Position numbers and translations under genes: made by a program. From Lytechinus pictus (Eukaryota), in the NCBI RefSeq assembly GCF_037042905.1, contig NC_087245.1, forward strand, positions 1,488,001-1,552,000: 64,000 bases of DNA, given 5' to 3'. The notes beneath the pieces were generated by a model. That model searched no databases. It had not been told where the DNA came from and worked only from the letters and a program-made list of their open reading frames with translations. Shown in pieces: positions 14,401 to 27,960 of this stretch; within the stretch, counting starts at the first letter, position 1; every line of letters starts with the position of its first letter.

Positions 14401-17400
14401 AAGTGCTTCAGCCAAGCGAGAGATTTCATGGACATTGATGAGAGAGACTTGGCCAGGACAAAACAATGGCTGATAAGCAATCCTCAAGATCGTGCCAATG
14501 GCTGCCTTGTCACGAGAGGACGTGTCATCCACAGAGAGATGCAGGTGAGTAGAAGATCATGGTGACGGTAGTGGTGGTGGTATAAGTGGTGGTAGAGATT
14601 TTGGTAGCAGTGATGATTTGCCAAGAAACTTATGAAGATTTAGAGATTTAGAGAAAGAAACATTGCACATATCACATTAATGTTAATGTAACTTGACCAA
14701 TTTTCCTGTGAAACTTCTTCTTGCTTATCTATGTATGAACTTGTCATATCATATCTGGTATTAGAAAAAAAAATTATGTGAATGTAATTTAAATTTCATA
14801 TATATTTTCTCTATTGAGTATTCTGTAAATATAGTAATAATGCATCTGTGTATGCATGCATGTTTACATGGTTCTTATGTTTGTCAACTGCTTTAATGAT
14901 AATTGTTTTTCTGTTGTTATTTATTTAGGGTGCAGTAACAAGTCCAGTAACGATGACAGCATTTGTTCTCATATCATTAATGGAGGCTGGTGGTGACCCT
15001 CAGGTATAAACAGCTCTTCAAATTGGCAATAACTAATATTCACAGTCAAACCTGTTTCACTGAGTGGCAACCTGTCTACAGTAAAAACCTGTTATTTAGT
15101 GGAAATCAAAGTTGTCTCCCATTTAAAAGGAATATATGTTATAGGATCTGTCTATAAAGGACAGATGCAATATTATTATTTCTCTGGCTTAGCTCAAACT
15201 GCTATTTCCAGCACTGAGTGCATTCAAGGGAATTAATAAGCGTAAGACCCATTCACCTCACCTGGATTCAAGTATTGGGCAATGTGGACACATTTATTGC
15301 TGAGGGAATGATTTGTGCAAGGTATTGAACAAGTTGTAAATAAATGAAAAATGTCATCGATTTGGGATGATCAAATGATATGATATTGAACTTCTGTCAA
15401 CCTTTTGAGACGATATTTTTCTCACTTCTGCCCTAATCTTTTTAGGAACATTCCCTGGCATCTAGCTTTAACTGCCTTCGATCTAACATTGAGAATAATG
15501 GAGCAAGCATGGATACATACACTCTAGCTATCAGTAGTTACGCTCTAGGTCTCGGTGGAGACTACGTCACTCAAGCCATAGCCCTCAACTTACTGAATAG
15601 CAGGGCCCATGGAAATGGTAGGATCTGCTTCATAAATATGCATTTATCCAACGCCCTATTTGCAAAGACAAATTTAGTTTTTATGCGATTTTGAGATTTT
15701 ACATAATTAATTTTTGGTGTGCATACATGTATGTTTAGTTGTTGAAAGATATTAATATGTAAAAATGCTGTAAAGTATGCATTCATGATATTATTTAATG
15801 GATTGAAATTATATGAAGTGTGTCTGTGGATCTATGACGGAGTGTTAATACAGTGAGCTGCAACCTTATTTTCATTCTTGTTTTCTTTTTAGCTGCTGGG
15901 AGATACTGGAAGAGATCAGAACTGCCAAGCATGGATGAAGAAGACCATCCCCATTGTCATAGCTTCTGTAAGACTGACTCCTCTGCTGTGGAAATAACTT
16001 CTTACGTCCTTCTAGCCTACATGCACCGTAATATGCCTGCTAGTGATGTTCTGATACAAACCATGCCAATGGTTAAATGGCTCAACACACAACGCAATGG
16101 CAATGGTGGCTTTTCATCAACTCAGGTGAGTTATTGTTTGTTACATTAAATAACTAAGAATAGAATAATGAATATAGCCTGAAATACTTTTGCATTTAAA
16201 GAGCAATCAAAGAGCAGTTAAATAAACATTGGATTTAGTGTTTATAAAAATGATATGCTAAAAATATCCTCTGTCACACTCTGTGTACTGTCAAAACCTA
16301 ATAAACCAGTCGTGAGGTTCAGTAGTTCAAAAGATTTCCATTGTATTGAATGATTTGTTAAATAGCTACAGAACCATTGAAGATCTTACAGTAGTCGACA
16401 GAGTGGAACTATTTTGAAATGTCATGAAGACAAGCTGCTAATTAATTACTTCGTATATTTCTTTCAAGGCTTTATAAATATCATCTTAATTGTTGTTACT
16501 TTAAGTTTCCTTCTCTTTCTCCTTTTCTTCAGTCTTCTTTTCTTGCTCTTCCTCATCTTCCTGCTCCTCGATTTCTTCCTTATTCTCCCCTCCTCCTCTT
16601 TTTGCTCCTCCTTCTTCCGCTCCCCCTCCTCTTTCTCTATCTAAATATTTTTGTTGTTAATCATTTTATCATGAAAACAGGATACCGTACTTGGACTCCA
16701 AGCATTGTCTGAATTTGCAGAACTTGCCTATGACCCTGAGGTACCGCTGGATATAACCATAGATGTCTCTGCTACGAGGGCTTCTCCTAATAGCCCTCAG
16801 GAGCTTAGTTTTACTGTTGATCATCACAACAGTCTGGTTTTACAGAGGGAAGAGCTTGAGGAGATACCAACAGAACTGACATTGACAGCTACAGGCAGGG
16901 GATGTGTTCTATTCCAGGTATGATGTATGAATGTTATTGTGTTATTTAACAGATGTATGGTACAGTGATTTACATTGGGGGAATGTTTCATAATACTGTT
17001 ATGCCTGGCTTTATGCATCCATGCATTACTTGTGATCTGTTCATGTGCTAAGTGAGAGTCTGACTTTCTTAAAGCCCTAATCAAATTGGGACAAATGGTA
17101 TCCTTGCATTTGGATGCTTGTTTACAACAATAATTTACGCTTGGACAAGATAAATTGATCATGGTGTTAGAACACAAAACTGTCTTGGCATGAAAGTATG
17201 AGCTATTATTAAGGTACTTACACTCAACCGATTTGTTTTAATGTGTTTAGAACCAGCCAACCTTACATCTGTCATGTTTATTCTAGTCATCAGATTTCAC
17301 TGTGTTGTACTTCATATTTGATAAGAACATGTAAAGATAAAGATCGTAGCAGAATGACATAAAACTGCTAGAGGATTGCATGACATAGCAACAAACAGTG

Positions 17401-20400
17401 CATGAGTGTATTGATTGTAAGCATGGTGGTTCATTGATTATAAAAAGCAGTTTAATGTTGTGTCAAGGCACCCAATGTGATACCCAGGTGTAAGAATCCT
17501 TTTATTATATTAAAAAGGAAACTAAAAGCCATTCATGACACATCCCTTTCACTTTGGAATACATTGTTCTTAAGTGAACACACACAAACACATCAATGGA
17601 TATTTGAATTCATCTCAGATATGAGCTAAACCATAGACTAGTTTATTGTTTTCTATATTAGCAGCTATATATTTCCAATTTAGGTATGGTCATGTACGTT
17701 TTGTGTGCAAATAAAATATACTTGGTCAAAAAATTGAGAAATGTAACACCTTTCTATAGAACTCTTATTAGTGTGCACATGAGTCATATCACCGAAAATA
17801 GAGTGATTATTTTGAAAAAGTTTCAGTTTTTTAGTTGTACTCCATCTCAGGTTGAATGGACCCATATCTACTACCAAAACGGGAAAGAACTGTTTTTAAT
17901 ATTGAGCTAAATTGAACATTTGATACTAATGTGTTTAAATCTTCAAATTCTTACTAAATTGCAATATTTGCCCAAATATTTGTGAAAAATAGGTGAGCTA
18001 CAATCTGAATGGCAATAATGTGACATGTTTAATTCTCTATTTATCACGTGTGAAAGCATTCATAATTCGATTTTATTTTTGCACTGTAGGCCTATGTTAA
18101 GTATTATCGGTTAAAGGAATGAACTTATAAATTTGTTATTTCTCAGGCTGAAATGATGTACAATGTACCAGTTTCAAGTCCCAATCGTCGCCTCTTTGAC
18201 ATTACCACAATGGTTAGAGATTGGGAGACCAATACTGTCACTGAATCAGGAGCGTGTGGAGATAAGATCATAGACATCTGTATCAGGTAAGCTAGAGATC
18301 AACTCTTCTTCTTAAAGATGAATAAACAACCTTTTAGCTTTTTAAGCAAGGAAATTGATCTGATCATCCATGTGCCGGAGATATATTGTGAGGAATTACT
18401 TAAGTGTGTGTACATCACCTAGATCGTAAGTGAATATATTTTTTCAAGAAATTAAAAGCTTATTAAGGTATAAAGGTAAAACAGTGATGTATATGATGCT
18501 CCATAGAAAACAATACCCTAATCAATAAGAAGATTTCTGAGCAAGGTGCAAATCTAGCTGGATTTAGACAAACTTCCTCGGACTGGCCAACCATTGTGTA
18601 CAAACGTATGGCCTGTGACGTGATTTTGTATCAAATCAGGCCAGATCCACCACTGCTTGGTAAGTCAAGCTGGTTCTCATTAAAATATCAATAATTTCAT
18701 TATTTTTTTAAAGGTATGTTGGGAGTGATAACGAGACTGGAATGGCCACAATGGAGGTCAAGATGGTTTCTGGTTACGTCCCTCATGAACAATCTCTGAA
18801 TGAATTACAGCGTGAATTTGGTCATTTTATCGGCCTCAAGCGCTTTGACAAATACAAGCCAGGAGAACCTCTCTCACTTTACTTTGATAAGGTTAGTATG
18901 GTTAAAACTGCTTTATAAAGCTATCAATTTGCACCATGTCATAAACTGTTTGTGAGTTACACATGATGGGTGACCTGATCTTGTGCTAAATCTCCCTGAC
19001 ATGTTCCTGTCATACATAAAGTCGCACATTACTTATGAACACCTTAACCTGTGTAGAAGAGACAACTTCCTACAAAGTTAGAAACTGGTGTTATTCTCTC
19101 GATCCATAATATGATAAACATCTTACCATTGGAAATTACTATTGTATATTTTACATTGTTCATCACTTTCATGAGAGTAATTGTAATGACAAATTAAGCA
19201 ATGGCTCAAAGGATAAATTTACCATCCAGGAACCGTGATTTAAATAAACTTTTGTTTATGTTGTATTTAGTTCTTATTGGATTGTGAGATAGCCTGTAAA
19301 AAGTGGCTCGAACAGGTATCGTAAATCAAACTCAGATTTTGAGATATTTTATGGCTCGTTCTGAACATTTTTAAAGAAATCTTTTATAGAGGAATTGAAA
19401 GGTCACTTTTGAGTTTTCCAAGAACAAAATGCAGAATGAGCTATCGCGGGAGGCGCGATAGCTCAGTCGGTAGAGCGGTGGATTCGTATTTCGGTGACCC
19501 GGGTTCGATTCCCACTTGGTGCGCTAGTGCCCTTTGGTATAGGCATTAATCCTCAGTACCAGGTCCTTCGGAAAGGACATTAAGCCGTCGGTCCTCTGGT
19601 TGCTTGCTTACAAGCATTAATGCTTTCTTAGCAATCAGATAAAAAATCACCACCAATTTCACCACCAAAAGTCACATGTAATCACATATAGTAACAGAGA
19701 AACCTGTATTGTTTACTTTAATTTTTTGGGGGGACTTATTTCATCAACTTTCCAATGGAATTACCCCTGACCTGTATTATCGATAATAATGAATAATAAT
19801 TAATTCTTCTAATAATTTTCTCGTCATTGTCTCCTCCTTTTGACATCTTTTCTCCTGTTTTATTTTTCTCCTACATGGTCACTACATTGTCTCTTTTCAG
19901 TTTGATAATGTTCTACGCTGCATACCCATTAAACTGAAGCAAGAGATGTTTGTCAAGGATACTAAGGATGCAGTTATCAAAGTCTATGACTATTACAAAC
20001 CAGGTAAGGTCAAAGGTCAAGTAATATATTTAGAAATGAGGTCAAAATCAAAAGATGACCGACATGATGTCTTTTAATTATCTCTGTGGAAAAAGCCTGT
20101 AATTAGACCAAAACTTGTCCATGTGTGCAATTTAACTTTATCTTTTTTTATGGCAGCTTTCATAAATAAATTTGTTATATGACTGTTCTTCACAAGATCT
20201 ATCCTGCAAGATACATGTAACAGGGCTCAAATTAATCCAAGGCTACCAAGGTCATGTATTTGGATCTCGCAGTGTCCACTGGTTGGCTTTATTTTGAACT
20301 TTGCTTGATTTCTACGGTTTGTACTGCAGTATAGAAAAGTAACCGGGGAACATTTCAGGACTTGTCGGATGTCCCATTTGATATGACAGTTACCATAGGA

Positions 20401-20884
20401 ACAGTGTTTCTCAGCCAATCAAAATCAAGGGAAGTTGTCAGATCTGACAACTTGTCAGACAAAAATGTCGAAACTCTCCCCATGTATGAAAAATGTAAGG
20501 CCTGAGACAATCAACATTGGATATTGTCAACCTAATAATGTGACTATTCAATAATCTTATTATCTGGCCAATCAAGAATCTGTCATTTTGAGTTATGAAG
20601 AGATAAAATATGTCATTGAATACACAATTCTAATACATGGAATTGACATCTAGGATAAAAAAAATAATGAAATATGACCCTTCCCTTAAAAAATATTTAT
20701 AATGAAATTTAAAATTGACTTACTGTAGATCCTTTGTATTAATTTTGAAGTTACATGTATTTGTATATAAGAAGTCTTTGGTACCTAGATTTTCATATTA
20801 ACTAGATATTTTTCTTTTATTTTTCTTGCAGCTGTGGTTGGCCTCAAGAGCTACAATACATGTGAAGCTGAAGACCAAAATTGA
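1671..20884 (+). CDS. alpha-2-macroglobulin-like thioester-containing protein (A2M/TEP family), 5' part outside window
   Basis: 21 GT-AG exons: 1671-1863, 2207-2388, 3776-3928, 4424-4540, 5047-5122, 7984-8200, 10258-10486, 10856-10997, 11518-11609, 12671-12722, 13068-13160, 13620-13796, 14300-14544, 14929-15003, 15446-15617, 15893-16125, 16681-16917, 18147-18286, 18714-18891, 19901-20003, 20832-20884. Phases chain into one open frame (3159 nt). Family motifs: VDKSV, RNYFPETWLW, PHTITEW, AFQPFF, MPFGCGEQNM (thioester, 13676-13690), STWLTSFV, VIHREMQG, GGFSSTQDT, VYDYY; stop TGA 20882-20884. Confidence 0.93.
2658..3615 (+). mobile_element. Helentron-associated (HINE/DINE-like) non-autonomous element with central ~180-bp tandem repeats
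   Basis: Sub-terminal inverted repeats GTCTCACCTGCAT (2658-2670) and ATGCAGGTGAGAC (3582-3594); short 5' hairpin partner GTGAGAC; (GGC/GAC)n tract; ~4.5 tandem units containing GGTCAAAGGTCATTTAGGGTCAATGAACT; T-rich flanks. Confidence 0.65.
6219..7862. mobile_element. Kolobok-like internally deleted DNA transposon
   Basis: TTAA on both sides; 15-bp TIR AGTTGAATTAAGAAG (AG...CT termini); internal inverted GTGACGTCACCGGGGG motifs at ~6411 and ~7655. Confidence 0.7.
8335..8470. repeat. (ACT)n followed by (AAT)n microsatellite
   Basis: Directly visible. Confidence 0.95.
9106..9844 (+). mobile_element. decayed 3' fragment of an RLE-type non-LTR retrotransposon (R4/Dong-like)
   Basis: Translation WLKSAGLRSETEGLIYAIQDQ...CRMCGIETETIMHLVSGC (CCHC knuckle)...HDNIAK, then frameshifted TDRTI, DII, IEVSVP, KYQDL endonuclease motifs; stops and frameshifts; abuts an (AAT)n tract. 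Confidence 0.8.
11153..11420 (+). mobile_element. tRNA-derived SINE
   Basis: A-box GGTCTAGTGG and degenerate B-box; core TTTACCCACATTGTGCTGCACTCAACCCAG...GAATGGGTACCTGG shared with copies at ~21515-21710 (+), ~53118-53330 (+), ~54260-54470 (-) and ~15215-15310 (-). Confidence 0.75.
12029..12450. mobile_element. TTAA-target MITE (family AGGTCAAGTCCACCCC) nested in a palindromic MITE (~11843-12547)
   Basis: TTAA duplication and TIR; other family copies at 22520-23091, 40151-40752, 47903-48493. Confidence 0.8.
13176..13570 (+). mobile_element. degenerate copy of the Helentron-like element seen at 2658-3615
   Basis: CCCGCCTGCATAGGAGAGTGAGAC head and the same GGTCAAAGGTCATTTAGGGTCAATGAAC repeats. 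Confidence 0.7.
13898..14062. mobile_element. short hairpin MITE
   Basis: ~33-bp inverted ends TACCTCAGTCACATTTTCCCTACGGCGGCCGTA / TACGGCCGCCGTAGGGGAAATGTGACTGAGGTA. Confidence 0.75.
19449..19670 (+). mobile_element. tRNA-derived SINE, second family
   Basis: A-box TAGCTCAGTCGG, B-box GGTTCGATTCC, no paired anticodon arm, followed by a SINE body and (CAC)-type tail. Confidence 0.75.
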
Positions 20885-21514
20885 AGACTGCACTAGTCTA
20901 ATAATTGCAATAGCTAGCGCATTAATCTATGCAAAAGACAATGGTTTGGCTTGCCATATATAAAACCACAAATAATTGTATATGTAAATATCCCACAACT
21001 ATGGACCAAATTTAGATACTTTTATTGCGATTCCATACATCATGCACATGTTTATTTTCAGTGCACATTATGTTTTTATTTGGTGCTAATTATTTCTTAA
21101 GCTTTGCATTTTGGGCACCAACATTCATCTTCATGAAAATCTCAATAGAATCAAAATGAAAATTCTTCAAAATCCATTTTGAGTAGTCTAGAACTCAATG
21201 TTACTATATATGTGGAAGAATTCTAAAAGTACTCATAAACAAGGTTTGTACTGACATTTTTATTTTATTGTATAAATTGTGTGTATATGAACATGTCATT
21301 TTGGTAGGGAACTGAAGTCTCAATGATAATATGTTCAAATGTGTTAACCCATGTTATTGAAAAAAGAAGAAGATAATTTGGATTAGGAGAGATGCAAGAA
21401 TAGGTATTTCTCTATCAACTGTAAAATGTTTGTGCTTTTATGATTGAAAACAATTTATTTTTACATTTGTGTATTCTAATTTTTCTACTGTACATGTTCT
21501 CTCCAAACCCCCAA

Positions 21515-21712
21515 GAAATGTACCCACATTGTGCTGCACTCAACCCAGGTGAGGTAAATGGGTACCTGGTAGAAATGTATTCCTTGAAATGCAGAGCGCG
21601 TAACAGCTACTCTAATAAAGCCAGGGTCATTATGCTGGATTACTGTAGAGTGCTTTGATACTCCTGATAAAGTAAGTGTTACGCGCAATATAAGCAAGTA
21701 TAATTATCATTA
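21515..21712 (+). mobile_element. 5'-truncated SINE downstream of the A2M-like stop codon
   Basis: Shares core with 11153-11420; (ATT)-like tail. Confidence 0.7.
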
Positions 21713-22519
21713 TTGTGTATGTATGTTTAGGTTTTGGATGGGGTTTTTCTCTGATGTAAAAAAAGAAAGTATATTGTAATTAGTTGATATTTTAAAGTCT
21801 TTCCATAGTAGGTTTTTCGGATTCATGTTAATCTGATTCTGTTGCCTGAGGACAAAGCTCTTGTTCAACTTCTCGTAGGCCATCTCATCTATACATTGAT
21901 TTCACTAGAATTTATAGTAACAGATTTACTGTTAGCTGTAAAAACAAATAATTGTATATAATTATGAAGTATGGTAATGACTGATGTGATTTGAAAACAA
22001 AATAGAAGATTAATATGTTCACTGTGTGTACTCTGTACCAATGGTGCTTTATTTGTAAACGTATAGTGACTATTTTACCTACATTTTTTTGTTTTTATTG
22101 TAAGATGACTATTTTTCTATATTGAACAAAACCAATTTTCTTGACTAATTGATCTTGCCAAAATTAATAAATGGTATAATATTTTTATACTTACAATGTA
22201 TTTTTATAGCCAATAATTTTTTTTATATTTAGTATATACCCAATATTTGTTATGAATTTAATAATTTGTTAAAACATAAATGATGTAAGTGCCTGGCATA
22301 CCCCAGTGTCTTGCACACTTGTCATATCCAAATAAGTCATTAAAAAGATATCATTCTTATTTCTCAGTTTTCTCTTTTCTAATTTTATTATATTAACTAT
22401 TTACTGATTTGAAATGATCTACACATTACAAACACATGGGCTAAATCCATTTGGTCTAACTGCCATTTGGTCTACATTATACTTGGTCTATCAGAACCTT
22501 TCTGATTCTCATTTCCACA

Positions 22520-23091
22520 TCAGTAAAATATTGATTTGAGTCAATAGAAAAAAAAATCAGACAAGCATAATGCTGAAATTTTCATCGAAATTGGATGTAA
22601 AATAAGAAAGTTATGAAACTTTAAAAGTTTTGCTTATTTTTCACAAAATAGCGATATGCACAATTTAGTCACATGCAAATGAGAGAATCAGTGATGTCCC
22701 TCACTCATTATTTCTTTTGTTTTTTATTGTTTGAATTATACAATATTTCAATTTTTACAGATTTGACAGTAAGGACCAACTTGACTGAACCATATAATGT
22801 TTAACAGTGGTAATTCCACATGTTCAGGGCAAAATAAAACTTTGTTTCACAAGACAATGAGGAGAAAATTTGAATATTTCATATAATGAAATTCAAAAAA
22901 AGTGAGTGATGTCATCAGTTCCGTCATTTGCATACTGACTGGGATGTGCATATAACTATTTTGTGAAATTAAGCAAAACTTAAAAATGTCATAACTTTCT
23001 TATTTTACATCCGATATTGATGAAATTTTCATTGTTGTGCTTGTTTTTCTGTTTTTATTCAAATCAACTTTTTGTTTGGGTAGACTTGTCC
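22520..23091. mobile_element. TTAA-target MITE copy, left end eroded
   Basis: Similar to 40151-40752 and 47903-48493. Confidence 0.7.
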
Positions 23092-23514
23092 ATTATAATT
23101 CTCAGTTTGTCTACTTATTACTTTGTCACATAAAATTTGGTTTGTAATCAGTTCATCTAACCCTATAGTGGTCCTAGACCAAGTTTTAGATTAAATGGGT
23201 ATAGACTAAATGGAAATAAGACAAAGAACAAATGGTAACTTAGTAGATGAACTGCATGGTGGAAGACAAACTAGGATGAGACCAAGTTCAAGAAGCAGTT
23301 AAACACATGAAGAACCTCATAAATCTAAATCACATGAGCTTCATGTTTTATGTGGTAATTTATCTTTTTAGTTTCTCATTGATTTCAGTCTCAAAGAAGC
23401 AAGTTTTCTGTATTAACACTGTTCGTTGAGCAATGAATGTGATAGTCCAGCAACTCTCTTCTTGCTCCAAAAAACAACACTGTACTAGAAATCACTCGGT
23501 GATGATCGATGGTG

Positions 23515-23880
23515 ATCTTATCCCTCTTTTTTTTCTTTTATCTTTCTCCTTTATTCATGGCCTTCTCTCCTTTCCCCGCTCACTCTTTCTCTTCCCCCTC
23601 CTCCGCTTACTTCACTCCCCTCCTCTCCTCTGCTTACTCCTTCACTCCCCCACTTACTACGCATTTTCTCTTCTTCCTCCTTCACTCCTCTTCTCCCCTC
23701 CTCCACCGCTTACTCCTTTTCTCCCCTCCTCCACCGCTTACTCCTTTTCTCTTCTTCCTCCTTCACTCCTCTCCCTGCCTCCTTTTTTCTTCCTCCTCCT
23801 TCACTCTCCTCTTCCCCGCTTCTATCCTTTTCATCTCCTATACTCCATTCTTCACTCATCCATTCTTACCCTCATTCTAT
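23515..23880. repeat. pyrimidine-rich (CTC/CTT) low-complexity tandem repeat
   Basis: Directly visible; recurring CTCCTCCACCGCTTACTCCTT units. Confidence 0.85.
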
Positions 23881-25171
23881 TTACACCCAACTAATTCATG
23901 ATAGAGTATACATGCATCTCTAAATTTATGTTCAGTAAAATGGTGTATTTATTTACTATTTTACTTCCATATTTCAGTTCACACTACCGAGTTACACACC
24001 AGAAGAAGCAGCAACAGAAATATTTAAGGGTTAGGTTTGGTATTATTACTTGGTATTATTAAAATCCATTGCAAATATGTGAATACAAAGTTCATCAATG
24101 ATGTGCATGCATCATGCCCTCCAAGTACAAAGATCTAGATACTATTACTCAACAAGCAATGTTCATTAGGGTACACACACTTTATGATAATAGGAGAGGA
24201 ACAAATGAAAGCCTAATTTTTTTTATAATCAACCTATTCAGGCTCCCACATTGCTATAAGTGGACATATACTGACTGGCCGTAATTTATTGTACAACGCC
24301 TACTTAGCTTGTTGTACGCGAGCAAATGGGAGGCTGAATGTCACATTCGTACCGTTGCACACACAACTTACCATCCGATATAGGGTGCTTTTCAAGACCA
24401 CGTGGTCGCGCATGGTATCCACTCGTCAATGGAAGTGCCCCCCCCCCCCCGGGCCTACTTGTATAAGATTTTGGATCACAAAGAGTATGTGAAATGCCAG
24501 ACTTCTTTATTTTTATGCTAATATAAGCTCTCATATAGGTTTTTATGACAAAGAGTTCATGAAGGACACTAGATTTTATTTCTAACCAATTCTGTCATTG
24601 TTAGGACTAGCCTGATTAGCATAAATATGCTATACCCAGTTGTTGTGTGTCCGGACGACCCGGGGGGGGGGGGCACTTACATTGACGAGTGGATACCATG
24701 CGCGACCAAAAAAACACGTAAAAAGGATGTCTTTTTCAAGATAGGGCACGTTACGTACGTAACGTGATTAGGGTGTCTAAAACACAAAAATAATGAAAAA
24801 GGGTATCTATTTCGATTTTAGAAAGTCATTTGGAAAAAATTACAAGCGAAGTTTCATCAAATTTTAGTACAAAATTTTAGAAAATATTATAGAGAATAAA
24901 ATAGAAGATGATTACAACTATTGAATTCATATTTTTAGTGTAATCTTAAGACAAAAAAGAAGGCTTCAAAAATATAAAGTGTCCGGACACCCGACCCCCC
25001 ATCCTACCGTTGCACGGCTTTGGATTTAGGTGACATCACAATACGATTTAATTACTAGTAATTGCGCTCAGTAAAAATGAAGGTGCAATACGTGTATAAG
25101 CCTGCTGGCTAAATGCGCAATGCTGCCCAAGGTCATGTGCGCTTTTGCTTTTCGCTTTCAAGTACTGCAGG

Positions 25172-27161
25172 CATGGGCGGAAATCCCAGGGGGGACGCGT
25201 CCCCCTACCATTTTAGAAAGGAGGGACATAATATCAAATGTCCCCCCTACTATTTGTGGTCTTCTATTATAGAAAAAATTAATAATTCAAAATCGAAATT
25301 ATATACACATGTATCCTCGAATTTCGAAATATATATAAACAGATAGTTTTTGTTAATAACTTGGATAGGAAAAGAAAAGGCATACCGGCCCGACAATTCT
25401 CGAACTTGCATCTAGCCCTATATATGCCAGCCAAAGAGTAATGACATTGATGACATCGATGGCCATTGTCAATTTCATAAGTAATAAAAATGAAAATCGC
25501 CCCTGGATACTTATTTTAGTGCATAGATCATGTAGATGGTAGACGAGAATGTTCCATACCCCGTAAAAACATACCTTTGTTAAACCAATTCATTATCCCT
25601 TTATTCCAAATTTCAATTACTTGGAATATATTTTCATATTTCGCGTATGCAGTAAAAAGAATAGTTTTCATGAGTAATGATTAATCCTTCGCCGTGAATT
25701 TTTACTATGTTTAATCCCCCAAAATTTGTTTTAGATACTCTATTAACGAGACTTTTATATTCAATTTTTACACAAAATTCCTGCCGTGGGAGGGGTCATC
25801 ATAGGTAGATCAAGGGGGTGAAGCGGCGGCCCACCCCCTATTGGCGGCGCAAAATAGGAAGGTGAGGAGAAAATGAAAAAAGATAATGACGAGGAAGAAA
25901 ATTCAATGATGGAAGGGGAGGGAAATAATTGAAAAAAAAAGAAAACTTTCAGGTCATAGTATAAAATTACAAAAATACGCTCTCGCTTTGCATTAATACA
26001 CAGCCATCTCTTTATTTCAACACGTGCTTAATTTTTTTTTTACTTTTTAGATCGAAATATATAAAATCAAATTATTTATTCAGGAAAATATCCATCTTTT
26101 CATAATTTGTAGGTTTAAATCTAAAAATTTAAAAAAAAGCTCGCGCAAAGATTGCTTATTGGGATAAACTGCTTGTTCTTTATTTCAAAAGTGCTTGAAA
26201 GATCCAGTTTTCAGATCTGAATAAAAAAATAATAATTTCGCGCTTCACACTTGCATCAGTAATATGGTTGAGTCAGATACACCCTGTTTATTGCAATAAG
26301 GTGACAGAAGATGACTTTTTTGGTTGGAAAATAAAACAAAATATAGGATACGCTTCGCGCTCACATTAATTAAAATTTAGATAGCTACCATGTCCTTGAT
26401 TTTTAAAATATACTAATAATACAAATTTTTAGGCCGGAAATGACATGACACACACTTCGCGCTCGAATCTAATATTGTCTAGTAAAATTTCTATCCTGTT
26501 CATGATTTGAAAAACTGTTACGATTGTCCAGTTTTTAGGTTGGAAAATACAAACTTTCAGCTCGCGCTTCGCGCCCGCACTAATTGTTTAGATTCCTATC
26601 TTGTTCATAATTAGAAAAAATACTAAGAATGTCCAGTATTTAGGTTGGAAAATCAAAAACTTCAGCTCGCGCTTCGCGCTCGCATTAATTGATTAGTTCC
26701 TATCATGTTCATATTCTTTTTAAGATGCTATGAATGTCCAGTTTTTAGGTTGGAAAATTAAAAAAACTTTCAGCTCGCGCTCGCATTCATTCTTTAGATT
26801 CATATTTCGTTAATTATTAAGTGCTATAAGAATGTCCAGTTTTTAGGTTGGAAATCAAAAACTTTCAGCTCGCGCTTTCCGCTCGCATTAATTGTTTAGA
26901 TTCCTATCCTGTTCATATTCTTTTTAAAGTGTTACGAATGTCTAGTTTTTAGGTTGGAAATCAAAAACTTTCAGCCCGCGCTCGCATTAATGGTTTAGGT
27001 AGGTTCGAATCTAGTTCACGATCACAAAAAATGTTCAGAATGTTCAATTTCCAGGTCACAATTTATGAAATATCAACATATTAGGGCTCGCGCTTCGCGC
27101 TCGCATTATTTATTGAGGCCTTTCATCTTTAGTTAGGATTTAGGAATACCTCCCCTCTTCG

Positions 27162-27219
<58 letters not shown>

Positions 27220-27304
27220 GTGTTTGAGTTAGTAATTCTGTAGAACATAAAACGGAAAACTCAATTGTGTCCCCCCTACCTTCAAGGAGAGATTTCCGCC
27301 CATG
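25172..27304 (+). mobile_element. ~2.1-kb non-autonomous TIR element with internal ~85-90-bp tandem array (left arm of palindrome)
   Basis: TIR CATGGGCGGAAATC...GATTTCCGCCCATG; array of GCTCGCGCTTCGCGCTCGCATT-containing units; (TA)n(TG)n near right end. Confidence 0.8.
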
Positions 27305-27960
27305 CACACAGGTTTATATTGTCTACCCTAATATTTCTCCTTCCTTTTGTTTTCCTTTTATTTTCATTTTCTTCTTTCTCTTTCTTTCTTTCTGTCTTTC
27401 TTTCTTTCTTTTCCTTCCTTCCTTCGTTTCATTTTTTCTTTCTTTTTCTTCTTTCCCTTTCTCAAGTTCCCCTCTCGATCGCCCCTTTTCTTCATTTTTT
27501 TCCGACGGAAGCGCTGATTTACCGGTAGATTAACCGACGGTTTCCAGATTAGTGGGGGTGTCGCCCCCCCCCCCCCCTCATAGCGACGGCCTTAACAGGC
27601 GGCCCTATAGCTGCTTGACGTCCCACCCCAATAAACTGTTAAAAAATGGTATGATCCCCGGATACATGGGCGGAAATCTCTCCTTGAAGGTAGGGGGGGG
27701 GGACACAATAATTTAGTTTTCCGTTTTTATGTTCTACAGAACATCGATCCTGCTTCAGCTGGATCAAAGCTATTGCTTTGATACAGTACACGTATGGGAG
27801 AAAGTATACAAATGTGTATACATGTACAACAGCTTTGGCAATTAACTCTTTTATTTAAATATTGTAAAGAAATGGATGAAGAGAACAATGGTAGGCGTAG
27901 CTTAAATCAAGGTTCCCCAGAGCTATCTACCCTTTGGAAAAATTTGTGATGCCGAAAAAA

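Noticed and set aside
19451..19525. Functional tRNA gene
   Set aside because: A and B boxes present but anticodon and acceptor stems do not pair properly and it continues into a SINE body
1671..20884. Calling the thioester gene C3 or CD109
   Set aside because: No anaphylatoxin or C345C domain and no C-terminal GPI signal; exact orthology needs a phylogeny
23433..23901. Leu/Pro/Ser-rich ORFs of 130-153 aa (also 16414-16644, 27265-27533, 63676-63964)
   Set aside because: Pyrimidine-rich low-complexity DNA that lacks stop codons by composition
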